A stretch of DNA of 64,000 nucleotides, taken from contig JALWZB010000155.1 of NCBI GenBank assembly GCA_027002995.1, positions 26,365 through 90,364 of the forward strand, read 5' to 3'. Source of the DNA: Desulfurococcales archaeon (GTDB taxonomy: Archaea > Thermoproteota > Thermoprotei_A > Sulfolobales > NBVN01). Both the position numbers and the translations under genes were made by a program. The notes beneath the pieces are model-generated. The model saw only the letters and a list, made by a program, of their open reading frames with translations. It ran no database searches and had not been told where the DNA came from. Of the stretch, positions 55,704-64,000 are shown one piece after another (within the stretch, counting starts at the first letter, position 1; every line of letters starts with the position of its first letter).

Positions 55704-57416
55704 CTAAGTCACCCCGGCGAGTGAGAGGATCACTGATATGGCGACACCTGCTCCTGCTCCAGCAAGCATTACGGATGCATTATATAGGAGGCTCTCGTAA
55801 ACGTCCGTTCCGACTCTGAGGGCGACGTACTTTATGGCTGAGGCTAGCAGAAAGAGTAGGCCTAGGTCAGGCGTCAGCGTTAGGCCGAGTAATACAGCGA
55901 ATAATGATATACCACCTAAGTGGAGTGCTCTTAAAGCAAGTATCAAGGCTACCGCTAGGATCGCCCCCGTGGCCACAGCTATTATGCTGAACGACGTTAT
56001 GTCGCCGAGGTAAACCGCCTTCATCCACATGACCACCGGCACCCACCTGAGCAGGTTAAGTTTCGGTGAGTTAATGCCGTAAACGCTTAGGAGAATATGC
56101 CCATACATGAACGTTACTGGAGCACCTAGTAGGAGAGCTACCCCTAGCCAGTAAGCCGGTACCTCAGGTTCAACATTAACCGCTTTACTAGCCTTCATTA
56201 CGTTCATTGAGGCGCCAGCAATGAACTGCGGCATCGGTACCCCCGTATAGGGGTCCAGAAGTACGTAGGGCATCGCTTTCCTGGCGCCAGCACCGTATAG
56301 GGCTAGTGTCGCTAGTGGTAACGTGGATTGAGAAGCCGTCCCGGCCTCCCCAACGACACGGATCGTTACTAAGGTGATTACGAATTGAAGCGCTACATAG
56401 GCTGGCGCGATCATGAGGAACCTTTGAGTAACGACACCCATTAAACACGCCACAATAACCGGGATGGACATTAAGGCTATGGACGCCACGAGCCTCTTAC
56501 TTAAGTAGTTACTCATAGCTATGAACTTGAACGTAGATAGCAACACCTTCCTACCTGAGAGCATGTAGAAGGTAATGATTACGACCAAGAACCCTATGAT
56601 AGCCGAGGCCGTTAATGGGGCTGCTGCGACAGCCAAGTCATCTGCTTTCATGAAGGGCGTTGATATTAGTGCTCCAGACGCGACGAATACTGGTGTTAGG
56701 ATAACGTACATTAGTAAGTTACCTATGCCCACACCTACGGAGGTACTTAATGGTATCAGTAACGCCAGTAGGAATACGAAAAGATCTAATGAAATAGCTA
56801 TTGCTGAACCCGGCAGCACTGATTGAAGAGCTGGCGTGGGGTCCACGGAAGGTACGTTTAAGGTGATTATCGCTAGTTCTAGGGTAAGCCCCAAGGTGAA
56901 CGGAATGATTACTTGTTTCTTGGGGAGTAACGATGCTAGCTTAATCATCGCGGACGCAGCTGTCCCAACAGGGAAGGGAAGTTTTTCCTTTTCAGTGAAG
57001 TGCTTAAAGAATACTAAAGAAAGCGCTATACCTGAGGCTGATGCTGCCGTTGCGAAGAGGTAAAAGAGGATTGACTTTACCTGTACTTCCGGGCCGATGA
57101 AGCGTAGCCAGTCAGGAAGTGCTAGTTTCCTTGGGTCACCTACCTCGCCAAGCATAGTGTAAGTTATGTACATGCCTGACGTTATTGCTGTTGAGAGTGA
57201 AATACCTGAGGCTATTGCAATCGCGACCACGTGCTCCAATGGTGTTGGGCGTCGTTTAAGAAGCCCTGTGAAAAGGATTAGTGTCAGCACAGCTGCTATG
57301 ATGGGCGATAACTCTGACGTAGTATACCCTGTGACCGCGTAACCGTAAGTATCTATGAATCCCATTAACAGACCGACAGTAGCTCCGATAGTGATCGCGC
57401 TACCGAGCCTACTCAC
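55704..57416 (-). CDS. OPT-superfamily-like polytopic membrane protein
   Basis: Many TM helices, EKLPFPVG motif, RVVGEAG. Confidence 0.65.
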   Translation of the reverse strand: MSRLGSAITIGATVGLLMGFIDTYGYAVTGYTTSELSPIIAAVLTLILFTGLLKRRPTPLEHVVAIAIASGISLSTAITSGMYITYTMLGEVGDPRKLALPDWLRFIGPEVQVKSILFYLFATAASASGIALSLVFFKHFTEKEKLPFPVGTAASAMIKLASLLPKKQVIIPFTLGLTLELAIITLNVPSVDPTPALQSVLPGSAIAISLDLFVFLLALLIPLSTSVGVGIGNLLMYVILTPVFVASGALISTPFMKADDLAVAAAPLTASAIIGFLVVIITFYMLSGRKVLLSTFKFIAMSNYLSKRLVASIALMSIPVIVACLMGVVTQRFLMIAPAYVALQFVITLVTIRVVGEAGTASQSTLPLATLALYGAGARKAMPYVLLDPYTGVPMPQFIAGASMNVMKASKAVNVEPEVPAYWLGVALLLGAPVTFMYGHILLSVYGINSPKLNLLRWVPVVMWMKAVYLGDITSFSIIAVATGAILAVALILALRALHLGGISLFAVLLGLTLTPDLGLLFLLASAIKYVALRVGTDVYESLLYNASVMLAGAGAGVAISVILSLAGVT

Positions 57417-58135
57417 TCTACCACCTTATCCTGGGTGTCTAGGCAGGTAAGGCTCTCTGCAAGCTTAAGCACTACGGAACACACATGCCTTAACTCCTTG
57501 CTACCTATCCTCATAGGCAGTGAGCATACTTCACTTATCCTTCTGAAATACTTCATCCTCTCCTCACAGGACATACTTGTTGCTAGAGCCACCAACTTAG
57601 TTAGATACACCAGAGCCTCAATCACTGCCGAGGCTCCCCGGCTATAAGCTACCTTCGACCCTTCACACTCGTATGCATCATTGACTGACCCAATAACTAA
57701 GTCCCTCCCTTTCACATCGCGGTACTGTGCCTTGACCTCACACTCAAGTACTAGGTCAACACCGTTACCCAGCCTAGGTGGACGTACATAATGTGATGGA
57801 AGTAGCGTTAAGGATTGTTTGTGAAATAAGGAGTTAAAGAAGAGGATGGGGTTATGAGTGAAATTCAACGTGAATTCCGGGACCTGACGCAGGTTCATGG
57901 ATGTGCGTGTCTCAGGGTAGGGCCTTATGATGACATCCACATTAGATCCTCTATCAAGTACCTCCACCCCCATGGGAGCAACGTTCACTCTACCGAAACC
58001 GTCTACCGTAACACATATTCCTTCATGTAAACCATACCTGAGATACTTCCTTACTAGGTCTCGCAACCCTACCGATAGCGTCACGTCATCACCCACTCCA
58101 GAGCGTGTTCGCTCTGACACAATTATGGGGAACAC
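57413..58135 (-). CDS. DUF447 family protein (split-barrel); true start may lie further downstream
   Basis: EGICVT....NVAPMGV, PYPETRT..NL, SRGASAVIEALVYLTK. Confidence 0.8.
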   Translation of the reverse strand: MFPIIVSERTRSGVGDDVTLSVGLRDLVRKYLRYGLHEGICVTVDGFGRVNVAPMGVEVLDRGSNVDVIIRPYPETRTSMNLRQVPEFTLNFTHNPILFFNSLFHKQSLTLLPSHYVRPPRLGNGVDLVLECEVKAQYRDVKGRDLVIGSVNDAYECEGSKVAYSRGASAVIEALVYLTKLVALATSMSCEERMKYFRRISEVCSLPMRIGSKELRHVCSVVLKLAESLTCLDTQDKVVE

Positions 58136-58168
58136 GATTTTAATGAGTTTAATCGAAGAGTAGGTTGC

Positions 58169-58903
58169 GTGGGTGGAGTGATGGACTTGAGAGATCCGGT
58201 GACGTGGTTACATATGTATTCCGTGATCCGCTCCGATTTAGGTTTTGACGAGGGTAGTGACTGTGCCGCTGCCACACTTCTCGACGCCATGCTATCTGCG
58301 CAACGTGAGGACGTGGAGGAACTCATTGGATCGCTACGGTCATTGCTTCAGGGGGCGAGGGCGTTAGTTGTTGGCGCGGGGCCCTCATGCGTTAAGTGCC
58401 GTGAGGTTCGTAACTCGTATGACGTCATGATTTGCGCTGATGGGGCCACGCGCTGTTGCATTGACTCTGGTGTGAAACCAGATATAGTCGTAACTGACTT
58501 AGACGGGATTCAAGGTTTCGAGAAGTTACTTCGCGATACACTAGTTGTAGTGCATGCGCACGGAGATAACATGCGGTTACTCACTACATCACTTCCCTTG
58601 ATACTCAATGTGAGCTCGGGAGTCATAGGGACTAGTCAGTGCTTAGTGAGTAGTAGGGTACGCATATTCGGGGGATTTACAGATGGTGATCGAGCGGCTT
58701 ACCTAGCGAGTTACTTTAATGCTCAACGCATTGGATTAGTGGGTTTCGACTTCAGCGGTGTTATAGGGCGGTACTCCAAGCCCTACATGGTTCGCGAGAT
58801 GCGTGCATCATCTGTTAAGTTGAGGAAACTTAAATGGGCTAGAGTTTTACTAGCATATTTGAGGAGCTGGCGCGGTGAAGGGTACGTCGTCTGGGAAGGG
58901 TAA
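58169..58903 (+). CDS. mptE: 6-hydroxymethyl-7,8-dihydropterin pyrophosphokinase (DUF115)
   Basis: VGAGPS, ADGA, PDIVVTDLDG, VHAHGDN, FGGFTDGDRA, GFDF, K..KLKWA. Confidence 0.85.
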   Translation: MGGVMDLRDPVTWLHMYSVIRSDLGFDEGSDCAAATLLDAMLSAQREDVEELIGSLRSLLQGARALVVGAGPSCVKCREVRNSYDVMICADGATRCCIDSGVKPDIVVTDLDGIQGFEKLLRDTLVVVHAHGDNMRLLTTSLPLILNVSSGVIGTSQCLVSSRVRIFGGFTDGDRAAYLASYFNAQRIGLVGFDFSGVIGRYSKPYMVREMRASSVKLRKLKWARVLLAYLRSWRGEGYVVWEG

Positions 58904-59846
58904 GGAAGTCATCATCACCGCCGGGTACAGGGTCCACTTAGGGTTCTATAGGTTCTACGACCCTCCCTACGTTTATGGCTCTCTAGGCGTTAGCCTAAGC
59001 AATCCAAAGCTAACTATTAGTGTCTCTTTGAAGGAACATTCAGGCATACAGGTAAGTGCCCCTACCGAGGAATCTAGAGGCTTAATTCAGCGGGTACTCA
59101 CCTCCCTCAACATTAGCGGCGTTAGCGTTACGTTAAGCGGCTATGTCGAACATCACGTAGGATTAGGGAGTAAAACCAGGATCACCATGGCGCTGCTGAG
59201 AGCCCTTGAGGCACTAGGCATAATTAATGAACCAGCGGATATGCTGGCACGCAGGTTTGGTATAGGGTCTGTTTCCGCTGTTGGGATGTACTCCTTCCTT
59301 AAGGGAGGATTTGTAGCCGATACAGGCAGGTTAGTTTCTAGTGGTGAGGGACCTAATTTGCTACTTTCCCTCGACGTTCCTAGGGAATGGCGTGTGGTGC
59401 TGTGCATACCTCAAGGTAGGAGGGGACTGAGCGAGAAGGAGGAGGAACCTATTCTCAGCGAAGTTAGGCCCCATCCGAAGCAGGACGTGCTTTACGCACT
59501 ATTTACTAGGTTAGTAACGGCAATACCCCTTAGGGATTACTATTCCTTCGCGAAGGCGTTAACTAAGTTGCAAGTACTCACCGGTGAGTACTTCAGCGAG
59601 TATCAGGGAGGGATATTCTGCTGCGACGAAAGTAAGGAGCTAGCGGAGATGCTGGAGAAGTCTGGAGCGCTGGGTGTGGGTCAAAGTAGTTGGGGACCAG
59701 CCGTGTATGGGTTCGTGGATAACGTTGAGAAGGCGAGACGTGTCGCATCGGAAATCATCAAGCTAAGCGATGAAGTAGGGATAAGGACTAACGTGATAAT
59801 TTCCGATATCTCTGCCCGCGGCCATCAGATTGTTAATAAGGTGTAA
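58875..59846 (+). CDS. Beta-ribofuranosylaminobenzene 5'-phosphate synthase family (GHMP fold)
   Basis: RVHLG, HVGLGSKT, GGFVADTG, GVGQSSWGPAVYG. Confidence 0.85.
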   Translation: MKGTSSGKGKEVIITAGYRVHLGFYRFYDPPYVYGSLGVSLSNPKLTISVSLKEHSGIQVSAPTEESRGLIQRVLTSLNISGVSVTLSGYVEHHVGLGSKTRITMALLRALEALGIINEPADMLARRFGIGSVSAVGMYSFLKGGFVADTGRLVSSGEGPNLLLSLDVPREWRVVLCIPQGRRGLSEKEEEPILSEVRPHPKQDVLYALFTRLVTAIPLRDYYSFAKALTKLQVLTGEYFSEYQGGIFCCDESKELAEMLEKSGALGVGQSSWGPAVYGFVDNVEKARRVASEIIKLSDEVGIRTNVIISDISARGHQIVNKV

Positions 59847-60838
59847 TATACGGTCAACGCGATTGCACTAGATATTATTAATAATAATGTATAGGCGATG
59901 ACTATTTCCTTCTCTGTAAGGGGTTCCTTAAGTATGAGGAGCTGAACCAACGTTACTGGGGCCTCCGGATTTCTTGAGGGTCTTATTCGCCAATCATCAC
60001 CTAATACCGCTGGTCGTACTTTTATTCGCTCCTTGTTTTTCAAGCCCTTGATTGAGGAGAGTATGCTGAAACCATTAAGAACCAGCGGAATTAGCAGGAG
60101 TATGAAAAGGAACTCCTCGCGGCAAAGCGCCATTGCCGAAGCCAGCAACCCTCCCATAAGGAAGGAGCCGCAGTTCCCGTTAAACACTTTGGCTGGGTAC
60201 TTGTTGAAGGGAAGGTACCCCACTAGGCCCCCTAGGCTAGCCATAAGGAATACAAATGCTCCTGGGAGCGGCTCTACTCTAGGGGCGAGGACCATGCCTA
60301 CCAGCAGTGAAGCTAGCACTATTATCGAGGCGGTTGGCGCAATCCCGTTATGTGTGTCAGCCATGTTCAACGCGTTGGCGGCTACGCTATACCCTATAGC
60401 GAACAGGAGTGGGTAGAGTATCGTTAGCCTTAACGTACCATTCAGTACTGGCAAATAAGGTCTCGGGACGTAAGCATGAGCAAGAACCGGTATTAACGCT
60501 GGTGCAACAAAGACCACAACCTTAGCTACTGCACCTATACCCCTCACATCATCAACTAACCCTAAAAATCCGGTAAGTAGGACAGCAAACATGTATATAG
60601 CAACGACAGTTAAGTTAAGGTAAAGCGCCACTAAGGCCGCAATCCCGCACACCACCATTAAGGCAGGCCCGCCCGACTTAGGAACAAGCGGATTCCCTGG
60701 TTTGTGAGCATCGGGGGCCAAGTAGCCTCTAGACCTCTCAATCCTCACGACAGCAGCCGTAACTACGTAAGAAAGCAGTCCACAACCCACGAACCACGCC
60801 AGTAAGTGATAGATGTTTACGCTACCAGCATTGCTCAA
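59825..60838 (-). CDS. UDP-GlcNAc:dolichol-phosphate GlcNAc-1-P transferase (AglH/Alg7, GT4/MraY-like)
   Basis: DAHKP...VPKSGG, GLVDD, NALNMADTHNG, FNKYPAKVFNGN.G. Confidence 0.85.
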   Translation of the reverse strand: MSNAGSVNIYHLLAWFVGCGLLSYVVTAAVVRIERSRGYLAPDAHKPGNPLVPKSGGPALMVVCGIAALVALYLNLTVVAIYMFAVLLTGFLGLVDDVRGIGAVAKVVVFVAPALIPVLAHAYVPRPYLPVLNGTLRLTILYPLLFAIGYSVAANALNMADTHNGIAPTASIIVLASLLVGMVLAPRVEPLPGAFVFLMASLGGLVGYLPFNKYPAKVFNGNCGSFLMGGLLASAMALCREEFLFILLLIPLVLNGFSILSSIKGLKNKERIKVRPAVLGDDWRIRPSRNPEAPVTLVQLLILKEPLTEKEIVIAYTLLLIISSAIALTVYYTLLTI

Positions 60839-60915
60839 GACTTCATGCCTCAGTAATTCACAGGACGGCTTAGCTTAAATTTTTACTAGGAGAGTAGGGG
60901 ACAGGCGTAGGGGTT

Positions 60916-61800
60916 ATGAAAGTAGCCGTCATACACGATGTCCCCGTACCGCCCAGCACAACTAGGCAGATCTTTGTTGCGTTAATGAAGCGTGGCGTCG
61001 ATACGACGTACTTAAGAGTATCCAGGATGACGCCAGTAATAGGTCGGGGCACCTCAGCCATAATCTACGGGAGACGAGTAATTGAGGTCGACGCAGCCAT
61101 AGTTAGAGGGTTAGGCATGGTTACGTCGACTGAGGCAATATTCAAGAGGGTAGATGTGCTGAAGCAAATGCATGACTCGGGAACCCTCATAGTTAACTCA
61201 CCGGAATCAATACTTAATGCACGAGATAAGCTTAGATCCATGCAATTACTGTCAGCTGCTGGCCTACCAATACCGGATACCGTGGTAACCGAGGATTTAG
61301 TGGTCGTAGTAAACGTCGTTAAGGAGTGGGGTAAGTGCGTCATAAAACCCTTAATGGGTAGCATGGGTTATGGGGCCGTCCTTACCGACGATCCGGACGT
61401 GGCTTACATGGTGGCCAAGGTATGGATCTCCCACAACCAACCAGTAATGATTCAAAAGTATGTAAGGTCTATGGACAGGGATATACGGGTCTTCGTGGTC
61501 GGCAACGAAGTCCTAGGCGGCATATACCGTTATGCCCCGGAGGGAAGCTGGAAAACTAACGTGGCGCAGGGCGCGAGGGTTGAGAGGGCCGAACTCAACC
61601 GTGAAATTAAGGAATTGGCGCTTGAGGCTACGAAGAGGCTTGAATTGCTGTATGCTGGTGTGGACATAGGTGAGTTTGAGGGGAGCTATGTTATTTATGA
61701 AGTGAATTCCATGCCCAACTGGCTGGGGTTTATGGAGGGAACCGGCATTAATCCGGCAGAGTACCTTGCTGAGCTAGTGGTTACCTTACTGAGAAAGTAA
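60916..61800 (+). CDS. RimK/LysX-family ATP-grasp amino-acid ligase
   Basis: ARDK, KPLMGSMGYG, QKYV, DIRVFVVG, WKTNVAQG, GVD, EVNSMP. Confidence 0.9.
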   Translation: MKVAVIHDVPVPPSTTRQIFVALMKRGVDTTYLRVSRMTPVIGRGTSAIIYGRRVIEVDAAIVRGLGMVTSTEAIFKRVDVLKQMHDSGTLIVNSPESILNARDKLRSMQLLSAAGLPIPDTVVTEDLVVVVNVVKEWGKCVIKPLMGSMGYGAVLTDDPDVAYMVAKVWISHNQPVMIQKYVRSMDRDIRVFVVGNEVLGGIYRYAPEGSWKTNVAQGARVERAELNREIKELALEATKRLELLYAGVDIGEFEGSYVIYEVNSMPNWLGFMEGTGINPAEYLAELVVTLLRK

Positions 61801-61819
61801 CCGACATTAGTTAAGGAGC

Positions 61820-62299
61820 TTATAGCTGGGTTTTGAGGAGCTTTGCCAAGAATTCCGTGCTTACTTGATTTGATATCACCTTAAGAACGTATCGCACGCG
61901 AATGTCTTTAACTCCGTTTATCCTTGCTACAGTGTCTATTTTCTCTGATAGGTCGATGTTGTCTCGGGCAATGATCCTCACAGTGATCGGGTACTCGCTA
62001 CTCACCTCGTAAACCTCGACTGCCCAAGGCATGTTCTTCAACTGCATTAGTATGTCCCCCATCCTCTTGGGTTCTGCCCTAATGTCAACGAATGCCTGAA
62101 CAATGAAGCCTAACTTACTTAAGTCAACGTCAACAGTGAATGCGCGCAACACACCCATTTCTATTAGCTTCCTTACGCGCATGTATACCGTCGACTCACC
62201 CAAATTCAGCATCCTCGCTATCTGACTATAGGGAGTTCTAGCGTTCCTGAGGAGCACTGACAGGATCTTTAAGTCCGTGCTATCAACGCTTCCGGGCAT
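61820..62299 (-). CDS. Lrp/AsnC family transcriptional regulator
   Basis: D.KILSVL..NARTPYSQIAR.L..GESTV..RVRKL...GV HTH plus RAM domain. Confidence 0.92.
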   Translation of the reverse strand: MPGSVDSTDLKILSVLLRNARTPYSQIARMLNLGESTVYMRVRKLIEMGVLRAFTVDVDLSKLGFIVQAFVDIRAEPKRMGDILMQLKNMPWAVEVYEVSSEYPITVRIIARDNIDLSEKIDTVARINGVKDIRVRYVLKVISNQVSTEFLAKLLKTQL

Positions 62300-62541
62300 T
62301 ACCGCCTCGCCTCACGCTCCTCGCACTTCTTACCGAACCTGTTCTCAATCACTACTATGGCTCCACGCCCTTCCTCACGAGCATCAATCATAGATAATCC
62401 GTTCTTAACGGAGTACACAGGAACTAAGCTCAGCAGATCCAGTGCGTCTAATTTAATCTTAACACTGTCCCCACACTCTAAATCACGGGCTAGTTCATGC
62501 ATTAGGTCCCTTAATTTTGCCTCAGTACTCACTTTCCGCAA
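62299..62541 (-). CDS. Small hypothetical protein, possibly TusA/SirA-like fold
   Basis: LECGDSVKIKLD...NGLSMID..EEG...VVI pattern; no CPxP motif; stop overlaps the Lrp start. Confidence 0.45.
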   Translation of the reverse strand: MRKVSTEAKLRDLMHELARDLECGDSVKIKLDALDLLSLVPVYSVKNGLSMIDAREEGRGAIVVIENRFGKKCEEREARR

Positions 62542-62637
62542 TTACGTTCCCTAGTGTCTATGTTTTACGGAGGTTATTAATGAGGAGTATACCACTTATT
62601 TAACGCAGATGCGACTTTTACGCGGGTGCGTTGAACG

Positions 62638-63849
62638 GTGTTTGAGGATCTTTTCGAGCTCATAAAGGATGCTAGTTTAGCCCTAAGGAACGTTGTTCAC
62701 AGGACGCCACTAACCTATTCAACATACTTCTCGAGGTTAACGGGAAAGAATGTTTATTTGAAGTTAGAGAACTTACAGAAGACTGGGTCCTTTAAGGTTA
62801 GGGGGGCCTACAATAAGATTCGGTCATTAATGCCGGAAGCCCATGAGCGAGGCGTGATAGCGGCATCGACAGGTAATCACGCTCAGGGCGTGGCGTACGC
62901 GGCAAGGGAATTAGGTGTTAAGGCAACAATAGTTATGCCTGAGACCGCCCCACCCTACAAAATCATCTCAACAAGATCCTATGGGGCTGAAGTATTACTT
63001 CACGGTAAGGTATATGATGATGCTTACAGGAAAGCCGTCGAGATCAGCATGAAGACCGGTGCTTACTTTATACATCCCTACGATGACCCGCTAGTCATAG
63101 CTGGTCAGGGAACCATCGGGCTCGAGATAAGTGAGGATCTGCCGCAGGTTGATGCCGTCATTGTCCCGGTGGGGGGCGGCGGGCTGATATCAGGTATAGC
63201 GATCGCATTGAAGAACGTAATCGGTGATCACGTTAAGGTCTACGGTGTGGAGCCCGCAGGCGCGCCGAAACTTAAGGAGGCACTGACACGTAACGCTCCC
63301 GTAACTATAACGCCCTCACCTTCACTGGCTGATGGCGTAGTTACTAAGGGCGTGGGTAGGCTAACTTTTCGCATCATGAAGGAGCTAGTGAGTGACGTCA
63401 TACTAGTTAGTGAAGATGACATAGCTAGGGCGATGTACTTAATGCTTGAGAGGGCCAAGCTACTCGCTGAGGGTGCCGGCGCATTACCCCTTGCGGCACT
63501 ACTGAGTAATCCTGATGCAATCGAGGGTAAGAACGTCGTTGCTGTAATTAGTGGCGGGAATGCAGACCTAACAACGCTTTACAGAGTGATTCTACGGGGT
63601 CTAATGGTTGAGGGAAGGATAGCTAAGGTTACGTTAATGCTTAAAGACGTGCCAGGCACCCTCGAACGCGCCTTAAAAGTAATCTCACAACTTCGGTGTA
63701 ACATAATAGATGTGAGGCACGACAGGTTAAGTCCGGAAATACTGCCAGGGTACGCACGTGTGGAGGTACTCATAGAGGTCCCAGACATCGAGACGTTGAG
63801 AACCTTGAAGAAGGAGTTAACGGAACAAGGTGTCGAGGTGATTCACTAG
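62638..63849 (+). CDS. ilvA: Threonine/serine dehydratase with C-terminal ACT domain
   Basis: KLENLQKTGSFKVRGA, ASTGNHAQG, GQGT, VGGGGL, SGGN, ACT DVPG. Confidence 0.92.
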   Translation: MFEDLFELIKDASLALRNVVHRTPLTYSTYFSRLTGKNVYLKLENLQKTGSFKVRGAYNKIRSLMPEAHERGVIAASTGNHAQGVAYAARELGVKATIVMPETAPPYKIISTRSYGAEVLLHGKVYDDAYRKAVEISMKTGAYFIHPYDDPLVIAGQGTIGLEISEDLPQVDAVIVPVGGGGLISGIAIALKNVIGDHVKVYGVEPAGAPKLKEALTRNAPVTITPSPSLADGVVTKGVGRLTFRIMKELVSDVILVSEDDIARAMYLMLERAKLLAEGAGALPLAALLSNPDAIEGKNVVAVISGGNADLTTLYRVILRGLMVEGRIAKVTLMLKDVPGTLERALKVISQLRCNIIDVRHDRLSPEILPGYARVEVLIEVPDIETLRTLKKELTEQGVEVIH

Positions 63850-63920
63850 TCATGACCCAATGCTTCAGCGTCAAGTTAATTATAAGCCCGCCTCCAGAAC
63901 TGTCACCGGAGCTACCTCAA

Positions 63921-64000
63921 GTGCTTAGAGAGCTCAAGAGGAAACTCGCGAGCCTAAATGAATGCCGTTGCAGTGGCGGGTCTTACCTCTATGTGTGTGC
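63921..64000 (+). CDS. Possible 5' end of a gene truncated by the window
   Basis: GTG after GGAG, open to the end (MLRELKRKLASLNECRCSGGSYLYVC); TTATAA upstream. Confidence 0.35.
   Translation, partial: MLRELKRKLASLNECRCSGGSYLYVC

Overview
Gene-dense segment of a hyperthermophilic crenarchaeal chromosome, probably Thermoprotei/Desulfurococcales-like (inferred from PolB3, archaeal DnaG, NAC, a BHB tRNA intron and C/D box sRNAs). Most of it is housekeeping and metabolic: MoxR-vWA pair, RbgA GTPase, heterodimeric ABC exporter, Trk/MscS, two SF2 helicases, a xanthine-oxidase-family molybdoenzyme, glycosylation genes, an S8 protease near a stalked surface-layer protein, and a modified-pterin cluster. 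It also has two tRNAs and two C/D box sRNAs. The most striking locus is a ~1.3 kb tnpB-only IS607-like element (41563-42889) bounded by CC dinucleotides. It splits a host ORF, and removing it restores a 126-aa frame. Its predicted omega-type RNA (GNRA loop, kink-turn, terminal hairpin abutting the element end) lies upstream of and on the opposite strand to tnpB, apparently sharing a bidirectional TATA box. This is the reverse of the usual TnpB layout. Other signals missing from the ORF track: a 49-aa twin-CX3C microprotein, a KaiC/RadA-like ATPase with no canonical in-frame start, an 11-bp duplication frameshifting an ABC exporter tail, and paired operator-like sites upstream of the molybdoenzyme operon. 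All assignments come from reading motifs by eye; no database searches were run.
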